Assembly: GCA_031261295.1 (NCBI GenBank)
Contig: JAISKT010000203.1
Location: forward strand, 34,395 to 98,394
DNA from: Candidatus Symbiothrix sp.
GTDB taxonomy: Bacteria; Bacteroidota; Bacteroidia; Bacteroidales; Azobacteroidaceae
Direction: 5' to 3'
Length of the DNA stretch: 64,000 bases
Shown: piece by piece, positions 40,762-51,142 of the stretch
How the letters are laid out: each line of letters begins with the position of its first letter
How positions within the stretch are numbered: the stretch's first letter is position 1
Notes under the pieces: model-generated
Seen by the model: the letters and a program-made list of their open reading frames with translations, nothing else
What the model was told of the DNA's origin: nothing
Databases searched by the model: none
Made by a program: the position numbers and the translations under genes

Positions 40762-41688
40762 TTACCAGATTTGCCATTGTTCTAAATCCACTCCAAATGC
40801 CGTTCCGGCAGGCATCCGCATACCTAAATACATTCCGGGATTGGAACTGAAAGTTCCGACAAAGATATTGGATTTACTTAAAATATCCATAGAAGCCAGC
40901 AGATTTTCATGCGATTCCCGAATAAATCCTGTGTCCTTTTTTTGAAAATCGGTATGAAAATAACCTCTTTCCTCTTTTTTGCACAAAGTGTAAACCGTCC
41001 AAACTTTCATTTGGCTCCGGAAGTCCTCAATAATCCGGTAATCGTCCGTCAACACAAAGGCATTGGGGGTTGGAGAATAGCGTTGCGCCTTCTCCGTATA
41101 TTTGGCAACATCCAATAAGGCGGCTTCCTTGGATTTGTCCCCGCTCCGGATATGAAATCCGGTGTAATTTTCGGGAAGATGCAGTGAAGTAATCAATTGT
41201 TCCACTTTATGTTGGGTTTGCGGGTTGTATCGCCAGGTCAAATCAATCAACGTCCGGCAAGCATCCTGTAAACTTCCGTCAATACCCACTTCCGGAATAT
41301 AAAAATGTGTTTGCTCCAACTGCCGGTTCCTTGCCTGATTCATAACTTCAAAAGTCAGCAAAGAATTTCTATTAAACAGATGATAAATAATAACTTGCGG
41401 CCTCCATTTCTTAAAAATGCCCGGATACCTGAAATTATATTTCGCATGAAAACGACTGTCTTCTTCTTCGCAAAACGGCAAAAAATAGTCCGTCCAACCT
41501 TTATCATACCCAAAATTGGCATCTTTCGAATAAAGTGTAAATTTTATTTTGTTTTCCAAACAATAAAGCAGGGCTAAAATCATATTATTATATTCCGAAA
41601 AAAATCCGGCATCCGCGCCCAGATGGAAAACCAATTTCTTTTGAAACGAATTATTTAATGCATTATATTGTTCAATCAATTCTCTCAT
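40762..41688 (-). CDS. Putative fucosyltransferase-fold glycosyltransferase (GT23/NodZ-like)
   Basis: GFFSE, GFHIRSGDK, FVLTDD, FVGTFSSN. Confidence 0.6.
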   Translation of the reverse strand: MRELIEQYNALNNSFQKKLVFHLGADAGFFSEYNNMILALLYCLENKIKFTLYSKDANFGYDKGWTDYFLPFCEEEDSRFHAKYNFRYPGIFKKWRPQVIIYHLFNRNSLLTFEVMNQARNRQLEQTHFYIPEVGIDGSLQDACRTLIDLTWRYNPQTQHKVEQLITSLHLPENYTGFHIRSGDKSKEAALLDVAKYTEKAQRYSPTPNAFVLTDDYRIIEDFRSQMKVWTVYTLCKKEERGYFHTDFQKKDTGFIRESHENLLASMDILSKSNIFVGTFSSNPGMYLGMRMPAGTAFGVDLEQWQIW

Positions 41689-41705
41689 AATGATTTAGTG
41701 CTTTT

Positions 41706-42470
41706 TTAAAAGTGAGAATAAATTTTCAACACCATCAAGCAACATTTGAATAAGAGAGGATATTTCCGCAATTGGGCAAAACCGGTAAACAAACCGCATT
41801 CGCGTAATAACCGTTTATTTTCGTCCAATGCCAAACGGTTTAGTTCAGCGGTAGATAGACCGTCTTCCGAAAAATAAGTAATAAATCGCGGGACAAATTG
41901 AAAGCGCACACCGGCTTTTATCAATTCGGCAAACAGTTTATAATCGGCTGAAATTTTGTAAGACAAATCAAATTTATAGCCTGAATCAAAAAGTGATTTG
42001 TTATAAAAAGTGGCCGGTTGCGCCACCGGACAGCCAAAAAGTACATTCAATTTCAACTTGTTTTCTTTGATGTCGAACATTACACTGTCCTTCCACCGGT
42101 TGAATTTGATGACCCGGCCATATACAATGGCATGCCGTTCATCCAATTCAGGGCGTATATTTTCCAGTACCTGATTATGGGCATAAAAATCATCACTATT
42201 CAAAAAATGAATCCACGATTGTGTGGCCAAGCCAAGCCCTTTATTCATAGCATCGTAAAGTCCGGCATCTTTTTCGGAAACGGTTACAAAATGAACTCCT
42301 TTTCCTTCAAACAACGGTTTGTATTGGTTTACAATTTCGATTGTCGTGTCGGAGGAGGCGCCGTCTATCAGGATGTATTCTTCCGGCAAACAAGTCTGAT
42401 TGAGAACCGATTGGAAAGTCCTTTCAATCGTTTTTCCCGAATTATAACAAATGGTAATTACTGAAATCAT
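41706..42470 (-). CDS. GT2 glycosyltransferase (WcaE/WfgS-like)
   Basis: IDGASSD, SEKDAGLYDAMNKG, FLNSDD, ISADY. Confidence 0.9.
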   Translation of the reverse strand: MISVITICYNSGKTIERTFQSVLNQTCLPEEYILIDGASSDTTIEIVNQYKPLFEGKGVHFVTVSEKDAGLYDAMNKGLGLATQSWIHFLNSDDFYAHNQVLENIRPELDERHAIVYGRVIKFNRWKDSVMFDIKENKLKLNVLFGCPVAQPATFYNKSLFDSGYKFDLSYKISADYKLFAELIKAGVRFQFVPRFITYFSEDGLSTAELNRLALDENKRLLRECGLFTGFAQLRKYPLLFKCCLMVLKIYSHF

Positions 42471-42480
42471 ACATTCCTTT

Positions 42481-43311
42481 TTATTTTAATTTGAAGACAA
42501 CTATTTTTTGTTGTACACTTAGAATAAATTGAAGAAAAGACAAAATGTATTCCTGAAATTTTGTTTTATGAAGATTATGTATTCCTAATTTAAAATAAAT
42601 ATTTTCTTCAAATATCCTAAATTTACTTAGATCATACCGGACACCTGTTGTCCCTGATTGTCCTATCACTATAGGATACTTATGAAATGTTTTAATATCC
42701 TTACAATCTTTTAATGCTTTATAAAAAGCATGTTCCATAAAAAATTCATCTTTATCCGATACTGTTTTATATACATGCATCAATTCCTTTTTATATAAAT
42801 CAATATTTACTCTATAAAAAAATGTCTCAATATAGTTCCTGGCGCTTCTTACTTTTTGAGGAGGCTGTAAAACAAATAAATTCTCCGGTAGATTTTTAAT
42901 TACTAAAGAATCAAAATTAGTAATAATCAATCTTCCTGTTAATTTATAAAAACAAGTATCAGTATGGATTAATTTACTATTGTTGAGTATATATTCAATA
43001 ATCTCTCCTTCTCCGTAGCCTTTTCCATACCTTTCTATAGAAGTATAATCGCCCTGAAAAGAAAATATCTCAATATTTTTATTCCCAACTTTGGCCAATT
43101 CAAATAAATTTGAATAGTCATATTTATAGTCTGTATTGTCACAAAATATGATGTTTTTAATACTTTTGTAATTTTGTATAGCATATTTAATACTATATAA
43201 ATATTGCTCAAGGCGATTATTCAAATCAACCAATGCGGTAGGAAAGACATTAAAATTTCGTATATCTATAGCACCTGTTATGATTAATGTATGTATTTGG
43301 GGGTTCATCAA
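42481..43311 (-). CDS. Conserved hypothetical protein of polysaccharide loci
   Basis: YGKGYGEGEII and YKLTGR motifs; low GC; function not assigned. Confidence 0.65.
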   Translation of the reverse strand: MMNPQIHTLIITGAIDIRNFNVFPTALVDLNNRLEQYLYSIKYAIQNYKSIKNIIFCDNTDYKYDYSNLFELAKVGNKNIEIFSFQGDYTSIERYGKGYGEGEIIEYILNNSKLIHTDTCFYKLTGRLIITNFDSLVIKNLPENLFVLQPPQKVRSARNYIETFFYRVNIDLYKKELMHVYKTVSDKDEFFMEHAFYKALKDCKDIKTFHKYPIVIGQSGTTGVRYDLSKFRIFEENIYFKLGIHNLHKTKFQEYILSFLQFILSVQQKIVVFKLK

Positions 43312-44756
43312 TCTCGTATTCTATTTTTTAATAAATAATTCAGACTCTCTTTAAATATCACCGACTTGCTCATTTTCATGACACCCAGATAAAGAATGCC
43401 CGAAATAACTATTTTAGCCATAAGTACTATCGTTGGATTAGCCAAATTTCTCGTAATCAACCAAGTAACAAAAAAACAAGCGAGCGTAATCAACAAATAC
43501 GGTAAAATATCTTTTAAAACATCCCTCAACCGCAAACCGATTAAACGATGTACGTAAAAGTGCCAAATGCCCAATCCTACGAAATTCACCGCGAGATATC
43601 CCCTGAACATGGGAAGAATGCCGTGCGAATACAAACAAGCGACTGCAAGTAATTGCAACACAATAATGACAATGGAGCCATTCATATAGATATTGGATTT
43701 TCCATGTGTATAAATCAAATGGGTGTAATACGTATTCAAAAATACGATAGAACCCCAAACACAAAATAATTGCAGAAAAGGCACACTCGGCAACCATTTT
43801 TCACCGGTAACGACCAATATAAATTCCGGCCCGATAAAAGCCAAACCCAACATCAACGGAAAGGAAACAAAAGCGCCGAAACGGATTAATTTACGCAAAG
43901 CATGCGCTTGCCGTTTTTTATCATCCTGAAGATGCACCAATACCGGTTGAGTTACATACGTCATCATGCCATTGATACATTGCGTACCCATACCCATCCA
44001 TTTTTGTCCGTTGCTATAATAACCCACTTGTGCTTTGGTATAAAATTTCCCCAATATCATAGAAAAAATATTACCGCTGATTTGTTGCAAGACATTTGTA
44101 AAAATCAATTTGATACTGAAAGAAAACATCTGTTTCAAAGGAGCGAAGTTGATCTGCAAAGTCGGTTTCCAAGGTGCAAAAACAAGCCGGAGACCGGTAA
44201 TCAAACTAATGTGCAACAGGGTTTGCAACGCTAAGGCCCAATAAGAAAATCCGCTGATTGCCAATAGAATACCTGCCACACTCGCAATGAATAAAGAACT
44301 CATTTCCATGATGGCTTGTTGACGGGTCATCATCTTTTTAAACAGAACCGTATAAGAAGAAATTCCCAATCCGTTGATAAAAAATCCAAGAAAAACGACA
44401 CGCGACAAGGCGGTTAATTCGGGATAACCGTAGAATTTGGCTATCAACGGAGCGCAAAAAAACAAGATCGCATATAAAAGAAGTCCAAAGAAAAAGTAAA
44501 ACCAGAAAACTGCGTTGTAATCATCGTGCGTGGCATCCCGTTTATTGGTCAATGCCACGGAAAAACCTGTAGAGATAATCGTCATCGCAATGCCGGTAAA
44601 AATACTCAACATCCCCACAATGCCGTAATCATCGACATTCAAAAGCCGCAACATGAAGATACCGAATACGGCACCCATCAACTGCTGAACGCCATTGCTA
44701 AGGCCGCCCCAAAAAAGGCCTTTCGCGGTTTTTTGTTTGAGGGAAACTTCTGCCAT
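43308..44756 (-). CDS. wzx: WzxC-type flippase
   Basis: SLKQKTAKGLFW, IGKFY-like region with VGYYS, KWLPSVP; multiple transmembrane segments. Confidence 0.9.
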   Translation of the reverse strand: MAEVSLKQKTAKGLFWGGLSNGVQQLMGAVFGIFMLRLLNVDDYGIVGMLSIFTGIAMTIISTGFSVALTNKRDATHDDYNAVFWFYFFFGLLLYAILFFCAPLIAKFYGYPELTALSRVVFLGFFINGLGISSYTVLFKKMMTRQQAIMEMSSLFIASVAGILLAISGFSYWALALQTLLHISLITGLRLVFAPWKPTLQINFAPLKQMFSFSIKLIFTNVLQQISGNIFSMILGKFYTKAQVGYYSNGQKWMGMGTQCINGMMTYVTQPVLVHLQDDKKRQAHALRKLIRFGAFVSFPLMLGLAFIGPEFILVVTGEKWLPSVPFLQLFCVWGSIVFLNTYYTHLIYTHGKSNIYMNGSIVIIVLQLLAVACLYSHGILPMFRGYLAVNFVGLGIWHFYVHRLIGLRLRDVLKDILPYLLITLACFFVTWLITRNLANPTIVLMAKIVISGILYLGVMKMSKSVIFKESLNYLLKNRIRD

Positions 44757-44803
44757 TCGTATATCAAATTTTTCTTCGAATAATCATATACATATTTTGT
44801 GTG

Positions 44804-45259
44804 CTACAGTACTTCTCCTTTCCGATAAGACTCATACAAATAACCCGGATTCTCATAATACAGACTACTGTTAAAATTTTCTATCTTGCGAGATAGCCAA
44901 GAATTATAAACCTCTATCAGCGTTTCTATTGGCTCTTTGCCCTGTTCATTGCAGACATCAACAATGAGACGTTTATAAACTTTTCCTATATCCCAATGAC
45001 TTGGGATCAGATATTGACCGTCAGCCACATTATCAAATACTCCCGTTTCAATCGAATAAGTTGTGATTAGTTCATCCGTTATTTTATCCATATTCTCACT
45101 ATGGTAAATGTCGGCTAAGTCGTAGAGGTGCTGTAGCTTCTCTTTCCCTATCGCATTCACCACAACATTCCGATGATTTTTTGTTTTTCTCCCAACATAC
45201 TCAATCAAGCTACAAACAAAGAATAGATCATTATATTCTTTTTTTTCTCTCCCGTTCAT
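44804..45259 (-). CDS. Hypothetical partner of the DUF3990 protein
   Basis: Intact 151-aa ORF overlapping the DUF3990 stop by 4 nt; NDLFFVCSLIEY, ADIYH, WDIGKVYKRLI. Confidence 0.7.
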   Translation of the reverse strand: MNGREKKEYNDLFFVCSLIEYVGRKTKNHRNVVVNAIGKEKLQHLYDLADIYHSENMDKITDELITTYSIETGVFDNVADGQYLIPSHWDIGKVYKRLIVDVCNEQGKEPIETLIEVYNSWLSRKIENFNSSLYYENPGYLYESYRKGEVL

Positions 45260-45711
45260 TTTTTAACCTCCTCTTTTTTGATAAACTCTATACATTTTAA
45301 GGCATCTTTTGTACATAAATTGATTTGATGTGTTGGATGTTTAAATTTTGCCAATACCCAAAACTGCTCCTTTGTAATCACACCACTGATGTAATCAGAA
45401 ATATAGTTATAGATTTGATCGTTTGCCATCGCCCCAATCACAATGTCGTAGTTATGTTTGACACCATTACGGCAATTCACAATAAACTCCAACCATTCGT
45501 CAGTCATTTCGATAAAATGAAGTATATTCAGATTATTAGCCATTTGAAAATTATAGAAACTAATTGTTGGCGTATCATAACGTTTTGCCCAACGTTCGGC
45601 TTGTTCCTTTATTCCGGTGCAATAAAATCCCGTTCCAAAATCCTTAGTATATTTCCCTTCTATGATTTTAGGAGTTTCTATCGAACAATATCCACCATGA
45701 TATATTTCCAT
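45256..45711 (-). CDS. DUF3990 family protein
   Basis: YHG, KDFGTGFYCT, QAERWA, EWLEFI..CR, YDIVIGAMAND, THQI. Confidence 0.85.
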   Translation of the reverse strand: MEIYHGGYCSIETPKIIEGKYTKDFGTGFYCTGIKEQAERWAKRYDTPTISFYNFQMANNLNILHFIEMTDEWLEFIVNCRNGVKHNYDIVIGAMANDQIYNYISDYISGVITKEQFWVLAKFKHPTHQINLCTKDALKCIEFIKKEEVKK

Positions 45712-45751
45712 AAAAAATTATATTTTATTTCCTGATAAATTTGTCCCCAGT

Positions 45752-48364
45752 TCATTTTCCTTTCACAATCCGCTTAATATCATTCAATTTATTCAGCGCT
45801 TCCACCGGCGTCAGATTATTGACATCCAGACTGTTTATCTCATCCCGGATTTGCGAAAGCACCGGATCGTCCAATTGGAAGAAACTCATCTGATAGCCTT
45901 CCCTCTCGGTCGAAATCTTGCTCATGGGTTTGGCAATGCCGTTTTTCCGGTTATCCGCTTCCAGCTGGGAAAGAATTTCGTTGCCTCTTTTGACGATGCT
46001 TTGAGGCATCCCGGCCATTTTTGCTACGTGAATACCAAAACTGTGTTCGCTTCCGCCTTTCACTAATTTCCGCATGAAGATGACTTTATTATCCACTTCT
46101 TTTACGGAAACATTGTAATTTTTGATTCGCTTGAACGTTTTCTCCATTTCATTCAATTCATGATAATGGGTGGCAAAAAGCGTTTTGGCATGTCCGCGGG
46201 GATGCTCATGGATGTATTCGACAATCGCCCAGGCAATTGAAATCCCGTCGTAAGTAGAAGTGCCCCGTCCCAATTCATCAAAAAGAATCAGGCTCCGGTC
46301 GGAAAGGTTGTTCAGGATATCCGCCGCTTCGTTCATTTCCACCATAAAAGTAGATTCGCCCAACGAAATATTGTCGCTGGCGCCCACCCGCGTAAATATC
46401 TTATCGACCAACCCGATTTTGGCCGATTCGGCCGGAACGAACGAACCGATTTGAGCCATCAGCGTAATCAACGCCGTTTGACGCAACAAAGCCGACTTAC
46501 CGGCCATGTTAGGCCCGGTAATAATGATAATCTGCTGAGTCTTATCGTCTAAATAGACATCGTTGGGAATGTAGGACTCACCGGGAGGCAATTGCGTTTC
46601 AATCACCGGATGGCGTCCGTTTTTAATGTCGATGATTTTGCTGTCGTCTATCTGCGGGCGAATGTATTTATTGCGTTCGGCCACTTTGGCAAAAGAAAGC
46701 AAACAATCGATCTGGGCAATGAGGTTGGCATTTGTTTGAATCGGAGCGATATATTCCATCAATTCCAATACCAATTCATTGAATAATTTGGACTCCAAAG
46801 CCGCAATTTTATCTTCGGCGCCCAGGATTTTTTCTTCATACACCTTGAGTTCTTCCGTAATGTACCGCTCGGCATTCACCAAGGTTTGTTTGCGAATCCA
46901 AGTGGACGGAACTTTATCTTTATGCGTATGACGAACCTCGATGTAATAACCGAAAACATTGTTGTAACTCACTTTCAACGAAGGGATACCGGTTTGTTCG
47001 CTTTCCCGCTGCTGAATCTGAAGCAAATAATCTTTTCCCGAATAAGCAATCCGGCGCAACTCGTCCAATTCGGCATGGATACCATTGGCCATGACATTGC
47101 CCTTATTCAACAACACCGGAGGGTCGGGCGTCAATTCGTGTTGAATCCGGTCGCGGATGATCGAACAAAGGTTCAGCTGTTCGCCCATCCGTTTCAAACT
47201 CGGTTCATCGGCATTCAGACAAGCCTCTTTGACAGGTGCAATCGCATTCAAAGCGACTTTCAATTGCACCACTTCCCGCGGATTGACCCGTCCGACCGCC
47301 ACTTTGGAAATAATCCGTTCCAAATCGCCAACCAAGCTGAGTTGCTGTTCCAACAATTCTTTCAACTCCGGTTTCCGGAAAAAATATTCTACAACAGCCA
47401 AACGGTCTTCTATCAGTTTGACTTCTTTCAAGGGAAAAACCATCCAACGTTTCAACATGCGCGCGCCCATCGGCGTAATCGTTCTGTCCAAGACATCCAA
47501 AAGGGGTTTGCCGCCTTCGTTCATCGTATCCAACAGTTCCAAACTGCGAACGGTAAACTTATCCAAACGGACATAACGGTCTTCTTCAATCCGCGACAAA
47601 GCCGTAATATGAGCGGTCTGCGTATGTTGCGTCAAATCCAAATAATGCAAAATCGCCCCGGCGGCTACAATCCCGTTGGTCAGATGTTGCACGCCATAGC
47701 CTTTGAGGTTTTTGGTTTGAAACTGCTTCAGCAAACGTTCTTTAGCGGTATCTTCCGTAAAAATCCAATCTTCCATTTCGAAAGTCAGCCATTTACTGCC
47801 GAAAGCCTCCTCAAAGGGTTTGCGTTTGCTCCGTTCCAGAAGGATTTCTTTGGGCGCAAAATTGTTGAGTAATTTATCAATATAATTGGGAATCCCTTCG
47901 GCAGTCAAAAATTCGCCCGTAGAAATATCAAAAAAGGATACCCCACAACTGTTTTTATTGAAATGAACGGCAGCAAGGAAATTATTTTCCTTGTGGTTCA
48001 ATACATTATCATTGATGGAAACCCCGGGCGTCACCAATTCGGTAATTCCCCGCTTCACTATTTTCTTGGTCAATTTGGGGTCTTCTAATTGGTCGCAAAT
48101 AGCAACCCGTCTCCCGGCGCGAACTAATTTAGGCAAATACGTATCCAGCGCATGATGCGGAAAACCGGCTAATTCCACAAATTGGGCGGAACCGTTGGCT
48201 CTGCGGGTTAAGGTGATTCCCAATATCTCCGAAGCAGCAATGGCATCGTCTGAAAAAGTTTCGTAAAAGTCGCCCACCCGGAACAGTAAAATAGCATCGG
48301 GATGTTTGGATTTAATCTCGAAATATTGCTTCATCAAAGGAGTTTCAACAATTTCTTTTGCCAT
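45752..48364 (-). CDS. mutS: DNA mismatch repair protein MutS
   Basis: [47 protein letters not shown]; start at MAKE (48364) preferred. Confidence 0.97.
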   Translation of the reverse strand: MAKEIVETPLMKQYFEIKSKHPDAILLFRVGDFYETFSDDAIAASEILGITLTRRANGSAQFVELAGFPHHALDTYLPKLVRAGRRVAICDQLEDPKLTKKIVKRGITELVTPGVSINDNVLNHKENNFLAAVHFNKNSCGVSFFDISTGEFLTAEGIPNYIDKLLNNFAPKEILLERSKRKPFEEAFGSKWLTFEMEDWIFTEDTAKERLLKQFQTKNLKGYGVQHLTNGIVAAGAILHYLDLTQHTQTAHITALSRIEEDRYVRLDKFTVRSLELLDTMNEGGKPLLDVLDRTITPMGARMLKRWMVFPLKEVKLIEDRLAVVEYFFRKPELKELLEQQLSLVGDLERIISKVAVGRVNPREVVQLKVALNAIAPVKEACLNADEPSLKRMGEQLNLCSIIRDRIQHELTPDPPVLLNKGNVMANGIHAELDELRRIAYSGKDYLLQIQQRESEQTGIPSLKVSYNNVFGYYIEVRHTHKDKVPSTWIRKQTLVNAERYITEELKVYEEKILGAEDKIAALESKLFNELVLELMEYIAPIQTNANLIAQIDCLLSFAKVAERNKYIRPQIDDSKIIDIKNGRHPVIETQLPPGESYIPNDVYLDDKTQQIIIITGPNMAGKSALLRQTALITLMAQIGSFVPAESAKIGLVDKIFTRVGASDNISLGESTFMVEMNEAADILNNLSDRSLILFDELGRGTSTYDGISIAWAIVEYIHEHPRGHAKTLFATHYHELNEMEKTFKRIKNYNVSVKEVDNKVIFMRKLVKGGSEHSFGIHVAKMAGMPQSIVKRGNEILSQLEADNRKNGIAKPMSKISTEREGYQMSFFQLDDPVLSQIRDEINSLDVNNLTPVEALNKLNDIKRIVKGK

Positions 48365-48369
48365 ACAAT

Positions 48370-48425
48370 AATGTGCTAATGTGATGATATGCCAATGCGC
48401 CAATAAAAGTGTATTTTGGCACATT
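48370..48425. repeat. Degenerate AATGTGCY octamer repeats in the mutS leader
   Basis: aatgtgct aatgtgat gatatgcc aatgcgcc plus inverted ttggcacatt; lies downstream of the -7 box at 48433-48440. Confidence 0.5.
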
Positions 48426-48451
48426 AATCTTGCAAAGGTAACTTTTTTTAT

Positions 48452-49591
48452 CTAAATATTTGCAATCCACTTCAAGCAAACCGGCTTATCTACAACAATC
48501 TCTTTTCCTGTGAATTGCAGTAATCCGGTTTCGGGATTAATTGTGAAAATTTGCACTGTATGGCTATCGCGATTGGCGCACAACAGGAATTTCCCGTTAG
48601 GAGAGATAAGAAAATTCCGCGGATGAATACCGGTTTCCTGATAGCCGGTTTTTGTCAATATTCCGGTTTCAGGATGGACGGAGAAAATAGCGATTCCGTC
48701 TGCTTTCAGGCGATTGGAAGCATACAAAAACCGGCCGTCGGGAGTCAAGTGAATATCTGCGCTGCCCTTCTCCCCTACCCCGGGAGTTGTGTCGGAAGCA
48801 ATGTATTGAATGTTTGACCGGATACCCTCATTGTATTCAAATGCGGCAACAGTTCCCGCTAATTCATTGATACTGTAAATAAATTTTTCATCGGGGGAAA
48901 ATGCCAAATGACGCGGGCCGGAACCGGATTTCAGTTCTACCGTACTATTAACAGTCTCATAAAGACGTGCTTCATCATCCTTGCCGGCTACAATGAATGT
49001 ATAAATTTTGTCCTTGCCTAAGTCGGTAGCATAAAGGTATTTCCCATCGGGCGAAAATACAACCGTATGAATATGGGACGGAACAAGATCGCCTTCCTTG
49101 GAAAAATCAATCTTCTGGGAAAGCGGTTCAATACATCCTTTCCGGCTCAAAGGAAAAACAGAGATATTACCACCGCTGTAATTCGCTGTGACAATGAATG
49201 TAGCTTCTTTATTTATATTGATATAACAAGGATCGGCGCCTTCGGTAAATTGATAATTGATCAGGCTCAAGGTCCCGGTCGTTTTATCGAAAGTAAAGGA
49301 ACTGACCGCTCCGTTGCCGGTTTCATTAACGGAATAAATGAATTGTTCATCGGGCGAAACCACCAAATACGAAGGGTTGACAACCCCTTTTACATCGCTG
49401 ACATATTCAAAATCACCGGTCCGGCTTTCAAAATTGTAAACGGAAATTCCCGGAGTCGTTCCGTCGGAATACGAACCGACGATAAGGTACAATGGACTAT
49501 CTACTTCATTTACAACCGGTTTTTCCTTAGGAGAAGTACAAGCAAACAAGCACAAGGTAAAAACAAATAGTACAATTCGATTTGAATACAT
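48452..49591 (-). CDS. pgl: Lactonase family beta-propeller lipoprotein (6-phosphogluconolactonase-like)
   Basis: Lipobox LFAC, NPSYL, ANYSGG, DLGKD, GSGPRH, LYASNR, HPRNF. Confidence 0.88.
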   Translation of the reverse strand: MYSNRIVLFVFTLCLFACTSPKEKPVVNEVDSPLYLIVGSYSDGTTPGISVYNFESRTGDFEYVSDVKGVVNPSYLVVSPDEQFIYSVNETGNGAVSSFTFDKTTGTLSLINYQFTEGADPCYININKEATFIVTANYSGGNISVFPLSRKGCIEPLSQKIDFSKEGDLVPSHIHTVVFSPDGKYLYATDLGKDKIYTFIVAGKDDEARLYETVNSTVELKSGSGPRHLAFSPDEKFIYSINELAGTVAAFEYNEGIRSNIQYIASDTTPGVGEKGSADIHLTPDGRFLYASNRLKADGIAIFSVHPETGILTKTGYQETGIHPRNFLISPNGKFLLCANRDSHTVQIFTINPETGLLQFTGKEIVVDKPVCLKWIANI

Positions 49592-49598
49592 TATCTTA

Positions 49599-49748
49599 TT
49601 ATGCTAATTTTATTTTCCCTTCGCGAACTTGTTTCATAAATTCACGTTGCTCATCTAATGTCATATTCTCCATGTGTTTGGCAAGTTTCATTTTGATTGC
49701 CCTGAAGAATTCAACTGTGTCAAATTTCTTTTCAACTTTCGTTTTCAT
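49599..49748 (-). CDS. 49-aa putative antitoxin (not in the ORF track)
   Basis: MKTKVEKKFDTVEFFRAIKMKLAKHMENMTLDEQREFMKQVREGKIKLA*; overlaps the end of the PIN gene. Confidence 0.7.
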   Translation of the reverse strand: MKTKVEKKFDTVEFFRAIKMKLAKHMENMTLDEQREFMKQVREGKIKLA

Positions 49749-50199
49749 ATTTCAAAAATTCTAAAGGTGTTCTAATATCAATTAACGGATATCCAAGACG
49801 AATATTTATCGAATTAAACAATTTAATTTTATCAAAATTTACAATATGTTTAAAATTCCAACTAACCAAGCAATCCAATCGATTAACTGATGCGATTGCA
49901 ATATGATAGGCATCATTCCGACTTGCTTTTCCTAATGCTTTCTCTCTAATATATGTTTCTGCTAACGTTTTAGCTTCGTCATCAAGTATCACATATTTAT
50001 AACAGTCATCAGGTATAAAATTTTTCAATTTCCTGATTTTTTCCGGAGCAAGTGATAACTCAGTATCGTTTACTTCCGAAAAATAAATATCAAAATCCTT
50101 ATCTATAATACGCTTGAAAAGCTGCTTAGTAGCTTCCTCAAACTCAACATCGTAATAACCACCTATCACAGATGTATCTATATAAATCCGTTGTTTCAT
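49732..50199 (-). CDS. PIN-domain protein
   Basis: IYIDTSVIGG, DAYHIAIA, LVSWNFKHIVN. Confidence 0.9.
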   Translation of the reverse strand: MKQRIYIDTSVIGGYYDVEFEEATKQLFKRIIDKDFDIYFSEVNDTELSLAPEKIRKLKNFIPDDCYKYVILDDEAKTLAETYIREKALGKASRNDAYHIAIASVNRLDCLVSWNFKHIVNFDKIKLFNSINIRLGYPLIDIRTPLEFLKYENES

Positions 50200-50383
50200 A
50201 ATATGACTTGATTAAATACGTTTAGGCAAAGATACGTTTTTTCTTTCAAACGACTTCTATTTTTCAAATAAATAGTAATGGGAAAAACAAAATTTTAGTT
50301 CAATTAGCCCCCTATTTGTTTTTTTGGATAAGTCGATAATAGTTAATTTTTGGTAATTCCTTGGTTTATATGAAAAAAGATAG

Positions 50384-50890
50384 TACTTTTGCCAATTAAA
50401 TAAACAAAAAAAGCGTTTATTACAAAATAGAAAAGAGTATATAAAGACATAATTCATTAAAAGAAAAGCGTTTAGCTTTTATTCTTGATTTCAGAAATCT
50501 AGACAATTTCAGTAATACCAAGAATAAGTTAGTAAACGTCCGCGTTCGTTCGTGGGCTAAACTTATTTGGTATTACGGGTAGTCTAGAACCTCTGAAAAC
50601 AAATAAAGTTTAAGTCCCACGTTTTTTATTTTAAATAACTGCTTCCCAGGGACTTGGAGGCATTACTAATTCTACAAATATGCAGAACAAGTCCGGTGTG
50701 TTTCAGCAAACACATAGTACACTTTACATAAAAACATAGGAAATTGGACGGGCGTAGTGGTTCAATGGTTTTTCACTCTCATTTTTAGCCGGTTGAACGC
50801 GTCCGCCATCCCCGCAGGATAAGAGCATCCATCGTTTCATGATGTCTCAGTCGTATAAATTTAAATCTATTGATGGACTGCTCTTTCCTG
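50384..50890 (+). ncRNA. Candidate structured 5' leader (attenuator-like) with promoter
   Basis: -7 box TACTTTTG at 50384; long stem 50476-50608; alternative stem 50551-50621 followed by a T-tract; further stems at 50650-50694, 50746-50807 and 50815-50890. Confidence 0.6.
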
Positions 50891-50932
50891 TTCGGAATAC
50901 AAATTTAAAAATCAGATAAAAAATAGCTAAGT

Positions 50933-51037
50933 ATGTTTAAGAAAATTGGGAAAATGATTAAAAAATGGTTTCGTAAATGGCATTGGGGGAAGGGATATTT
51001 TGATAATCCCCGTGTGGATTTAGGAAGCCGTAAATGA
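50933..51037 (+). CDS. Putative 34-aa basic, tryptophan-rich peptide
   Basis: MFKKIGKMIKKWFRKWHWGKGYFDNPRVDLGSRK*, preceded by an A-rich stretch typical of Bacteroidetes start sites. Confidence 0.35.
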   Translation: MFKKIGKMIKKWFRKWHWGKGYFDNPRVDLGSRK

Positions 51038-51142
51038 AACAGAGTGAAGGCAACTATTTTTCTCATGTCTATATAATTAATATAAATTTATCGGTTGTCT
51101 TGCCCTTTATTGTTATGAACTATTAATAAATTTATAAATTCA

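Noticed and set aside
46886-47872. Long antisense ORFs opposite mutS, and similar ones opposite mutS2, iorA, ugd and the KamA-like gene
   Set aside because: They are shadow frames of well-supported genes and carry no recognisable motifs.
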